A DNA stretch of 64,000 nucleotides from an uncultured bacterium. GTDB lineage: Bacteria > Patescibacteriota > Minisyncoccia > UBA6257 > 2-01-FULL-56-20. The notes below the pieces were generated by a model that was given only the letters and a program-made list of their open reading frames with translations, was not told the origin of the DNA and made no database searches. Positions within the stretch are counted from its first letter, which is position 1. The number at the start of each line of letters is the position of its first letter. The translations under genes and the position numbers were made by a program. The stretch is from positions 650,880-714,879 of the forward strand of contig OY970382.1 in assembly GCA_963719425.1 (NCBI GenBank), given 5' to 3'. Positions 10,480 to 18,400 of the stretch are shown one piece after another.

Positions 10480-10920
10480 GATCAAATGAGACATCGCCCC
10501 GAGACACGCAAAAAGTGTCTCATTTGTCTCATTTGATCAAAAAAAGTCTTATTTTACGGGCTTCGGTTTTTCGAAATGAGACACTGGTTTGTCCCACTGG
10601 AACACCCAGTTTTGTGTCTCATTTTGTCCCATTTCGGACACGTCCGGAATGCCGTTTTGGTGTCCGATTTGTCCGATTTGGCACACCGGGATGGCACACG
10701 AAAAAGTGCCTATGCTGTGTGCCATTTGTGCCATTTTCTCCCAAAATGTTACATGCCCCGGCAGTGTAACATTTGTAACATTTTGGGCGTTGCGCTTGGG
10801 ATGTTGCATTCCGGATCCCTTGAAAACACACATATTTTCGGTCTTGGCTGGCCACCCCACCGCAGAGGTGTCATTTCCCAAATGTTACACATCGTGTTGC
10901 ATTTGGTGCATGTTGCATTT
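10480..10920. repeat. Degenerate dyad/direct-repeat array of GT-NNN-CATTTG words with stepwise-varying cores
   Basis: Tandem pairs gtctcatttg×2, gtcccatttcg, gtccgatttg×2, gtgccatttg×2, gtaacatttg×2, gttgcatttg/gtgcatgttgcattt, each preceded by a matching inverted half-site (gagacac…gtgtctc, ggacacgtcc, ggcacac…gtgcc, tgttaca…tgtaaca). Region is open in 5 of 6 frames; the translated products look non-proteinaceous. Confidence 0.8.
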
Positions 10921-11100
10921 ACCCTAAATCCAAGAGCGACCTCCCGGCTTCAAAAACCGCTTTTCCAAGAAAGCCCTGAAAGGCTCATCAAAAAGAGGTT
11001 CCCGACCGAGGATCACCGCCCGTTAGTGCGTAAGTTTGAGGGGCCGCTTTGCCTAGTTTAACGCATTTCCACCCTGAGCTATAATTAGGGCATCAATAAT

Positions 11101-11274
11101 ATGAAGTTCAATATTTCTTCAAAATATTTTATCCCAATAGGAATCGCGCTCTATATTATTTTTCTTATCATAGGAGGCGTTATCGGCAGCGCAATTGGAA
11201 CAGTCGGATTTATCTTGTTTCTGTTGGGCCTCTTTGACATACTGCGTTCATGGTTTAAGAAGGGCAAGTCATAA
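11101..11274 (+). CDS. Small hypothetical 2-TM peptide (57 aa; below ORF-track cutoff)
   Basis: ATG at 11101 preceded by TATAAT (11079-11084). Product MKFNISSKYFIPIGIALYIIFLIIGGVIGSAIGTVGFILFLLGLFDILRSWFKKGKS has two hydrophobic helices. Confidence 0.35.
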   Translation: MKFNISSKYFIPIGIALYIIFLIIGGVIGSAIGTVGFILFLLGLFDILRSWFKKGKS

Positions 11275-11409
11275 TATGAATAAAGGAGGTGATTTGAATT
11301 GCGATAAATGCGGAAGAACAATAAAATCAAAACCGAACTAATCCTTTATTGGCTATTTCAGTATTTGAAGTTCGTGTAAATAATCGAAATCTTACTTATA
11401 TCGTAGACA

Positions 11410-11868
11410 ATGATAGATAAAAATCCAAAAGGACTTTTTAGGGAGGATTTGAAAAGCGCCAAAGTTATAAGCGTGGGGAATAAATTTGGTATTGAGGCGG
11501 AATACATTGGTGGCGAAAAAGAATTACTCCACGATTCGTTTAATTCTTCCGATGAAGCTCAAAAGGAGATTGACGAGACTCTAAAATGGGTCGGTAGAAT
11601 TTCCCTATCAGATTCAATTAAGGCGACGGACGAGGTATTTGTTAAGATTGTTGACAACATTAAATGGGAGGCGAATGACCTCGCGCTCATTGGTATCTTA
11701 TTCACATTGATGGTTGGGCTGATTCCCCTGGTCAACCTTCTAGTTAAAAATTTATTCGCAGCCTGTATAATTGCTGTTATTAGCACAACAATCCTAATGG
11801 TGATAATTGCGAAGATAAAGATTGTTAAACGCCCTATAATCATATTCTTTAGATGGCTTTTGAAATAG
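11410..11868 (+). CDS. Hypothetical protein with soluble N-domain and two C-terminal TM helices
   Basis: 152 aa. C-terminal LALIGILFTLMVGLIPLVNLLV and IIAVISTTILMVIIAKI hydrophobic segments. AT-rich. Confidence 0.5.
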   Translation: MIDKNPKGLFREDLKSAKVISVGNKFGIEAEYIGGEKELLHDSFNSSDEAQKEIDETLKWVGRISLSDSIKATDEVFVKIVDNIKWEANDLALIGILFTLMVGLIPLVNLLVKNLFAACIIAVISTTILMVIIAKIKIVKRPIIIFFRWLLK

Positions 11869-11920
11869 AATCATAAAGTCGAGTATGTTCTCGTTATTCT
11901 ACTGACGGATCCGGGTTTTG

Positions 11921-12010
11921 GGGAAATAGACCCCGACCGACCCGCCTCAAATGACCGATTTCCAAGAACGTTGCGATGGATTGCCAGGATTTGGTTCTAG
12001 ACCTCTTCAC
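11921..12010. repeat. Direct repeat A (~95 nt), upstream flank of the nucleotidyltransferase gene
   Basis: About 80% identical to 12881..12975. Conserved core …CCGAC(C/T)CGCCTCAAA(T/C)G(A/G)CCGATTT(C/T)CAAGAA(C/T)GTTG…GGATTTGGTTC…CACCGC. Confidence 0.7.
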
Positions 12011-12038
12011 ACCGCCAGTTGGGAAAAACACAAATATT

Positions 12039-12830
12039 ATGAGTGAAAATTTAGATCATATACTAGAACACAAAAGATTCGCTCCAACCCCGGAATCGCT
12101 TAGCGCCATGAAAAATATCCGAGACATGCTTGAGGGCATACAAAAAAATATTCCCGGAATCCGCGGGATAGGTTTTATGGGGTCGCGAACAAAAGGCCAG
12201 GAAAAAGCAGATTCAGATTTAGATATTGTTGTTTTTTACGACTGGAATATAGTATTTAACACCAAGAAATATATAAACAAAGAAGTTATTCGAGATTCAT
12301 TTCCAGTAGATATCCCCCTCGATGTGGAGCATTATGGTGCTTTACATTTGGTAGAGATAGGTAAAGGGTCATTAGATTCTGAAATTTCTGACCTTGTTGC
12401 CACAGCCAATGAGATTGCTGAAGGAGAAAATATTCCAGTGGAACAAATTCCCACATTACCTTTCCGGTCACCTTTGAGCAATTTATTTATGCTTGCGGTT
12501 GGTGACCAGGTTTATAAAGCGAGGAGATATGTGCTTGAACAATTACAGTCCAAACCTTACGGAGAAAAATACCTTCAACTTTTAATGAAGCAACTCTCTA
12601 AAGACGAACGCGAAGGAACCAGGAAACGAATAAGCCCGCAATATCCGAATTACCCTAAAACTTTTGAAGACGCAGAAAAGTTTTTTATTACCGAACCCTA
12701 CGATCTTGAAGAATTAAACGCGCCACTTATATCGCCGGCCAAAGAAGAGCCAAGGCGTTTAGGAGAAACTATTACAGCAGCGATTAACAAATTCTATTTG
12801 AACCTTAAATCGAAGAAGGGACGTGAGTAA
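12039..12830 (+). CDS. Nucleotidyltransferase-domain protein (pol-β/minimal-NTase fold with C-terminal helical domain)
   Basis: GIGFMGSRTKGQEKADSDLDIVVFYD (GS…DxD) plus a third acidic residue at DIPLDVEH about 30 aa later. Start placed at ATG 12039 because the upstream part of ORF 11976 overlaps repeat A. Gene is about 27-30% GC. Confidence 0.7.
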   Translation: MSENLDHILEHKRFAPTPESLSAMKNIRDMLEGIQKNIPGIRGIGFMGSRTKGQEKADSDLDIVVFYDWNIVFNTKKYINKEVIRDSFPVDIPLDVEHYGALHLVEIGKGSLDSEISDLVATANEIAEGENIPVEQIPTLPFRSPLSNLFMLAVGDQVYKARRYVLEQLQSKPYGEKYLQLLMKQLSKDEREGTRKRISPQYPNYPKTFEDAEKFFITEPYDLEELNAPLISPAKEEPRRLGETITAAINKFYLNLKSKKGRE

Positions 12831-12880
12831 TGATCTGAGTTTGTGTAAAAAATTGGGTGCCATCTATATCGTTATAACGG

Positions 12881-12975
12881 AAAATTGAACCCTACCGACT
12901 CGCCTCAAACGGCCGATTTTCAAGAATGTTGTAACGGCTTGCTGGGATTTGGTTCCCGACCGAGGAACACCGCAG
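12881..12975. repeat. Direct repeat B (~95 nt), downstream flank of the nucleotidyltransferase gene
   Basis: Aligns with 11921..12010. Ends GGTTCCCGACCGAGGAACACCGC, sharing GGTTCCCGACCGAGGA(T/A)CACCGC with 10999..11021. Confidence 0.7.
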
Positions 12976-13184
12976 ATTTGGTTGAAGATTATTTTCCACC
13001 GCGAGCGGCCACGCTTCGCGTGGCATGAAATCTAGCTTTCCCTCGCCGAGCCGGGAGTTCGGGGCTGCCTAGCATCCATAGGTTCTCGCCCTCAGGTTTT
13101 AGCATCGCAAAAAATTTAGGGATAAATCGGAGAGGATCGCCGATCCGGAAAAAATGACGAAAAAAAGGTTATAATCTGATATAT

Positions 13185-13973
13185 ATGATCGAAGTAAGTA
13201 ATTTGACCAAAAAATATGGTGATCTTACGGCAGTAAATAACGTGAGCTTCACCGTGAACGACGGAGAGGTGTTCGCGTTCCTCGGTCCCAACGGCGCGGG
13301 TAAAACTACGACCGTGAAGATGCTCACGACGCTGCTTCATCCCACTGCGGGGGTTATGAGGCTTAATAATATTGATCCCGTACGCGAACCGGAGCAGGCG
13401 CGCCGAACATTCGGGATTGTGTTTCAGGATCCAAGCTTGGATGACGACCTGACCGCCTGGGAAAATATGGATTTGCACGGGGTGCTCTATGACGTGCCGG
13501 ATGAGGCGCGACGGAAAGGGTGCGAGGAACTCCTGAAGTTCGTTGATCTCTGGGATCGCAAAGATAGCGTAGTCAAAGAATTTTCCGGAGGAATGAAGCG
13601 TCGGCTTGAAATCGCCCGGGGACTCTTGCACGAACCCAAGATCCTCTTCCTTGATGAGCCGACGACAGGCCTCGACCCTCAAACGCGGAACCTCATGTGG
13701 GACCGCCTGCAGGATCTCAATAAGACCAAGGGAATGACGATCTTTCTCACAACCCATTACATGGAGGAAGCCGACAGGATGGCGAATCGCATCGCCATAA
13801 TGGATGAAGGCAAGATCATCGCCACCGGGACTCCGGACGAACTGAAGAAGCAAACGAATACCGAGTTCCTTGAGGATGCGTTCCTCGCGCTCACGGGCAA
13901 GACCATTCGCGACGAAGGGGCCAGTTCCACCGACCACGCGAGAACCATAGGCCGCCGGATGGGAAGAAGATAA
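13185..13973 (+). CDS. ABC transporter ATP-binding protein (ABC-2/DrrA-like)
   Basis: Walker A GPNGAGKTT, signature FSGGMKRRLEIARGLL, Walker B ILFLDEPTTGLD. TATAAT at about 13171. Confidence 0.9.
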   Translation: MIEVSNLTKKYGDLTAVNNVSFTVNDGEVFAFLGPNGAGKTTTVKMLTTLLHPTAGVMRLNNIDPVREPEQARRTFGIVFQDPSLDDDLTAWENMDLHGVLYDVPDEARRKGCEELLKFVDLWDRKDSVVKEFSGGMKRRLEIARGLLHEPKILFLDEPTTGLDPQTRNLMWDRLQDLNKTKGMTIFLTTHYMEEADRMANRIAIMDEGKIIATGTPDELKKQTNTEFLEDAFLALTGKTIRDEGASSTDHARTIGRRMGRR

Positions 13974-13987
13974 AACATCCTCAACAT

Positions 13988-14737
13988 ATGAAAAAAATCT
14001 ATTATCTTTGGCTTCGGCAAATCAAGAAATACCTGCGCTCCAGGGCGCGCATGATCGGCACGCTCGCACAGCCGATCATATTCCTCGTCATGTTCGGTTA
14101 TGGTTTCGGCGGCTCGTTCGGAGCAGGAGGGGGCAACTACCTTGACTTTCTGGCGCCCGGCATCGTCGGAATGAGCATTATCTTCACCGCCATTTTCACG
14201 GGTATAGAAGTAATTTGGGACCGCCAGTTCGGATTTTTGAAAGAAACGCTCGTAGCTCCCATGCCGCGCACCGACGTCATGATCGGCAGAACCGCGGGTG
14301 GCGCAACCGTTGCCACCATACAGGGCATTATCGTGTTGCTCATTTCCACCCTCTTTGGTTTCCAGCCGGCAAGCTGGGCGGCGGTTTTTCCCGTAATATT
14401 CATCATGTTTTTTATCGCGATTATTTTTGCATCGATCGGCACCATCATCGGTTCATTTCTCGACGACATGCAGGCCTTTTCGCTCATCATGAACTTTTTG
14501 GTCATGCCGCTTTTCTTCCTTTCGGGCGCGCTCTTCCCGCTGCAAGGACTGCCAGGTTGGCTTACGTTCATCTCCCGCATCGATCCCTTGACGTACGGCG
14601 TCGATGCCCTGCGCGTCCTCCTCGCCAACATCGGCCATCACGATCTGGGGCTGGGGACGGATGCGCTCGTCCTTGTGGGGATGGCAGTGGTATTTTCATT
14701 GGTGGGTGGTTATTTCTTTGAGAAAATTCAAGTTTGA
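13988..14737 (+). CDS. ABC-2 type transporter permease
   Basis: 249 aa with 6 predicted TM helices, immediately downstream of the ATPase gene. Confidence 0.85.
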   Translation: MKKIYYLWLRQIKKYLRSRARMIGTLAQPIIFLVMFGYGFGGSFGAGGGNYLDFLAPGIVGMSIIFTAIFTGIEVIWDRQFGFLKETLVAPMPRTDVMIGRTAGGATVATIQGIIVLLISTLFGFQPASWAAVFPVIFIMFFIAIIFASIGTIIGSFLDDMQAFSLIMNFLVMPLFFLSGALFPLQGLPGWLTFISRIDPLTYGVDALRVLLANIGHHDLGLGTDALVLVGMAVVFSLVGGYFFEKIQV

Positions 14738-14778
14738 CCTGATATGTTATATAATGGCCACAAGGTGCGAATAATTCC

Positions 14779-16323
14779 ATGAAACAGTTTTTCACTGTCC
14801 ATATCCGTTTTGTTGCTGCGGTTGTCGTTGTTCTCGTTGCCGGCGGCGCGGCGTGGTATGTTGCTTCAAATGCGGCGCCTGCGCTTGGTTCTTACACCGT
14901 TGCGCGCGGAAATGTCGCCGAGGCGATTGATGAACCGGGGACGGTGGCCGCAGAGAATAATGCGGAAATTTCCTTTCAAGAAGCAGGCCGGATAACGCAT
15001 GTGTACGTGAAGGAAGGGGATACGGTGAGTATAGGAGAAACGCTTGCGAACTTGGATACCGCATCCTTGGAAACGGGCGTTGAACAAGCGAACGCGGCTC
15101 TTGCGGCGGCCCAGGCGAAGCTTGACGCGCTGCAGACGGGCGCCACGCCGCAGACGATCGCCGTATCACAAACCGCGCTCGCGTCGGCAGAACAATCGCT
15201 CGCAAATGGCTACACAGGAGTTCAGAATGCGCTGAATGACTCCTATGCGAAAGCGAACGATGCGGTACGCAACCAGCTTGCCGCATTCTTCTCCACGCCG
15301 GAAGGAATCAATCCGCAGCTTACGTTCAGCGTGAGCGATTCTCAAGTGCTTAATAATATTCAAAGTCTGAGGGTTTCCGCGAGTGCAGAGCTTAATGCGT
15401 GGCAGGGAGAGCTTGCAAGCACGACCGCGAACGCTCCTGATTCGGTTTTGGATACCGCGCTCCAAAACGCCGCGGGTCATCTTTCGACAATCCAGAATCT
15501 TGCGGACGACACCATGACGGCGCTTACCGATGAGACCGGCTTATTAGCATCAACGCTCGCGGCCTATAAAGTTTCGGCGACAACGGGATTGAATGAAGTG
15601 AATGGGGCAGTCACGGAGATCACCGCTGTCGAACAGAATATCGCTTCCGAAAAAGCTGCCATCGCGCAGGCGCAGGCGGGGTTGAACCTTACAACCGCAA
15701 GTTCAACATCCCAGGTTATCCAGGAGCAGCAGGCTGCCGTCGCGCAAGCGCAGGCCGCCGCTGCCGCCGCACAAGTCGCGCTGGACAATGCTTCGCTCGC
15801 CGCACCGTTCCCCGGTACGGTGCAAGCCCTCACCGCGCAGGTCGGGCAGGTAATCACGCCCAGCGCTCCGGTGCTTTCACTCTTAAATAACGACGGGCTT
15901 AAAATTCAAACCTACGTTTCCGAAGCCGACGTCGCAAAAATGAAAGCGGGCGATGCGGCCGAAGTAACCCTGGACGCGTTCGGTACCGGCACGACGTTTC
16001 CCACGACCGTAACGACGATAGACAGCGCGGAAACGCAAGTGAACGGCACGCCGTCGTACCTCATTACGCTTCACTTCACGAATTCCGAACCGCAAGTGAA
16101 GGACGGCATGACGGGCAATGTTCACATCGTTCTCGCCGAAGATGACAACGTAATCGTTGTACCGAGCCGCCTCGTGCTCAATAACGGCAACCGATATTTC
16201 GTGCTCGTAAAAACCTCCTCCGGGATCGAACAGAAGCAGGTTCAGATCGGCCCTGTGGGCGACAACGGCACGACGGAAATTACGTCGGGAATCAATGAGG
16301 GCGATACCCTCGCAAATTTCTAA
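14779..16323 (+). CDS. HlyD-family periplasmic adaptor/membrane fusion protein with long coiled coil
   Basis: 514 aa with N-terminal TM anchor, Ala/Gln-rich coiled coil and a barrel-sandwich hybrid-like C-terminus. Confidence 0.7.
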   Translation: MKQFFTVHIRFVAAVVVVLVAGGAAWYVASNAAPALGSYTVARGNVAEAIDEPGTVAAENNAEISFQEAGRITHVYVKEGDTVSIGETLANLDTASLETGVEQANAALAAAQAKLDALQTGATPQTIAVSQTALASAEQSLANGYTGVQNALNDSYAKANDAVRNQLAAFFSTPEGINPQLTFSVSDSQVLNNIQSLRVSASAELNAWQGELASTTANAPDSVLDTALQNAAGHLSTIQNLADDTMTALTDETGLLASTLAAYKVSATTGLNEVNGAVTEITAVEQNIASEKAAIAQAQAGLNLTTASSTSQVIQEQQAAVAQAQAAAAAAQVALDNASLAAPFPGTVQALTAQVGQVITPSAPVLSLLNNDGLKIQTYVSEADVAKMKAGDAAEVTLDAFGTGTTFPTTVTTIDSAETQVNGTPSYLITLHFTNSEPQVKDGMTGNVHIVLAEDDNVIVVPSRLVLNNGNRYFVLVKTSSGIEQKQVQIGPVGDNGTTEITSGINEGDTLANF

Positions 16324-16335
16324 CCTATTTTTGAT

Positions 16336-16989
16336 ATGGAAGAAGAATTAAAAACCGGGCAACCATCAAAGGGCAACCGCCGTGCAATCAGATCCACGGC
16401 TATTGTCGCCCTCATTGCTTGCGTCGCTATCGGCGGCGGAGCATACTGGTACATTGCATCGAGGACGGTCTATATTGATCTGTCGGTCATTCAGGCACCA
16501 GTCATTAATTTATCGCCGACAGATTCGGGACCGCTCCAGGCTGTGTTTGTGAATGTCGGCGACCTCGTAATGGCGAATCAGCCCATTGCCCGCGTCGGGG
16601 ACGAGATTGTCGAATCAAAAACGAGCGGCGAGATAGTTTCAGTTGATCAAAACATCGGCGAGTTTGAAAACGCCATGACCGGACAGTCCGTTGTGGCGAC
16701 GATGATTGATCCTACCCAGCTTCGCGTCGTGGGCCACCTGGACGAAGATAAGGGACTTGCAAACGTGATGGTGGGCGATGTGGCGAAGTTCACGGTTGAT
16801 GCATTTGGTTCAAGGGAGTATTACGGCGTCGTCGATGAAATAGGCCAGATTTCACAAGGGAACACAACTTCCAATATTTTCAGCCAGCGCCCGACAGACC
16901 AATTCAATGTGTATGTCCGCTTCAATCCGGCGAGGTATCCCGAACTCAAGGATGGCATGTCGGCGCGCATCTGGGTCTACGTGAAATGA
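16336..16989 (+). CDS. HlyD-like barrel-sandwich hybrid domain protein
   Basis: 217 aa with N-terminal TM and biotin-lipoyl-like β-domain (VNVGDLVMANQPIARV). Last gene of the 13185-16989 operon. Confidence 0.55.
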   Translation: MEEELKTGQPSKGNRRAIRSTAIVALIACVAIGGGAYWYIASRTVYIDLSVIQAPVINLSPTDSGPLQAVFVNVGDLVMANQPIARVGDEIVESKTSGEIVSVDQNIGEFENAMTGQSVVATMIDPTQLRVVGHLDEDKGLANVMVGDVAKFTVDAFGSREYYGVVDEIGQISQGNTTSNIFSQRPTDQFNVYVRFNPARYPELKDGMSARIWVYVK

Positions 16990-17116
16990 GCCGAGCAGAC
17001 CGGTAGCAAATTTCTTGAATCGCTTGGCGATGAGGTCTTAGACGGTGTTGTAGTGACCGCCGGCCGAGCCGGCGCAAACCAGTTTCAAAATCCGCGCGAT
17101 AGGGTAAAATAGGTTT

Positions 17117-18364
17117 ATGGAAGGGAAGAACGGCGGCGCAAAAAAGACCTCATACCCTAAAAACAAGATCAAGGTTTTGCTTTTGGAAAATATCCACGCG
17201 GACGCGGCAAAAACATTCTCTGATGAAGGATATCCCGTAAGGACGGTGGATCGGGCACTGGACGAAGCGGAACTTACAAGGGAACTCGCCGATGTTTTAA
17301 TCCTCGGCATTCGCTCAAAGACGAAGATCACGAGCCGCGTTTTGGCCGCGGCACCGCGCCTTCTTGCCATAGGAGCGTTCTGCATCGGGACAAACCAAAT
17401 CAACCTTGCTGAATGCGACAAGAAGGGTATCGCCGTTTTCAATGCGCCGTATTCCAACAGCCGCAGCGTCGTGGAGCTCGCGCTCGGCGAAATGCTGATG
17501 CTTTTGAGAAAAGTTTTCAACAAGAGCGAGAAGCTCCATGTGGGGGTTTGGGACAAAAGCGCGTCCGGCAGTTTTGAGGCGCGCGGTAAGCGCTTGGGCA
17601 TCGTGGGATATGGCAACATTGGTTCGCAACTTTCCGTCCTGGCCGAAGCGCTCGGCATGGAAGTGTACTTCTACGATATTGAGGAAAAGCTTGCCCTTGG
17701 GAATACGAAACGGTGCAGGTCGCTCGCGGAACTTCTCCGAAAATCCGACATCGTGTCGCTGCACGTTGACGGCCGCCCGGAAAATAAAAATCTGATCGGA
17801 GAGAAAGAGCTCGCACGCATGCGCCCCGGTTCGTATCTCGTGAATATCAGCCGCGGCAACGTCGTAGACCTTGATGCGCTCGCGAAACACCTCGCCGCGG
17901 GCCATATAGCCGGCGCCGCCGTGGATGTATTCCCCGAGGAACCCAAGGGCAACGGCGAACTTTTGGTAAGTCCACTGCAGGGTCTCCCGAATGTGATCCT
18001 CACCCCTCACATCGGAGGCAGCACCGAAGAGGCGCAGAAAAATATCGCCGGATATGTTGCGGGCCGCATCATTGACTTTATAAACAACGGTGATACCAGT
18101 ATGTCCGTCAACCTCCCTAACGTCCGGCTGCCGCTTTTGAAGAAAGCCCACCGCATCATTCACATCCACGAAAACATCCCCGGCATGCTCGCGCGCGTCA
18201 ACGAGATCTTTGCCGCGCACAAGATCAACATTGTCGGGCAATATCTGAAAACCACCGAAACGATCGGCTACACGATCACGGACATTGAGAGCGCCCACGG
18301 GAACGAAGTCATTGCCGCGCTCAAGGCCGTGCCGCACACTATCAAGGCGAGAATTTTATATTGA
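17117..18364 (+). CDS. serA: D-3-phosphoglycerate dehydrogenase
   Basis: 415 aa. AIGAFCIGTNQINLAECDKKGIAVFNAPYSNSRSVVELALGEMLMLLR aligns closely with E. coli SerA. GYGNIGSQ NAD-binding motif; C-terminal ACT-like domain. Confidence 0.9.
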   Translation: MEGKNGGAKKTSYPKNKIKVLLLENIHADAAKTFSDEGYPVRTVDRALDEAELTRELADVLILGIRSKTKITSRVLAAAPRLLAIGAFCIGTNQINLAECDKKGIAVFNAPYSNSRSVVELALGEMLMLLRKVFNKSEKLHVGVWDKSASGSFEARGKRLGIVGYGNIGSQLSVLAEALGMEVYFYDIEEKLALGNTKRCRSLAELLRKSDIVSLHVDGRPENKNLIGEKELARMRPGSYLVNISRGNVVDLDALAKHLAAGHIAGAAVDVFPEEPKGNGELLVSPLQGLPNVILTPHIGGSTEEAQKNIAGYVAGRIIDFINNGDTSMSVNLPNVRLPLLKKAHRIIHIHENIPGMLARVNEIFAAHKINIVGQYLKTTETIGYTITDIESAHGNEVIAALKAVPHTIKARILY

Positions 18365-18400
18365 ACACCCGCGCCGCCGCGCGCGCAGCCAGCCACGCCC

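Noticed and set aside
10515-11061. Five overlapping ORFs (84-161 aa) in the dyad-array region
   Set aside because: They overlap each other in 5 frames. Their products are Cys/His/Phe-rich low-complexity strings generated by the repeats, not credible proteins.
9642-12830. Calling 9642..10460 plus 12039..12830 a canonical HEPN/MNT toxin–antitoxin pair
   Set aside because: The genes are about 1.6 kb apart with an array and two membrane-protein genes between them. Canonical pairs are adjacent and often overlapping, so this is kept only as a hypothesis in the findings.
13116-13937. Long antisense ORFs inside GC-rich genes (e.g. 13116..13937-, 17315..18337-, 30271..31194+, 33836..34696+, 35369..36097+, 37075..37947-, 51790..52581+)
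   Set aside because: Each is embedded antisense in a gene with strong motif support (ABC ATPase, serA, gyrB, TldD, ApbE, groEL). Typical stop-poor shadow ORFs of GC-rich coding DNA.
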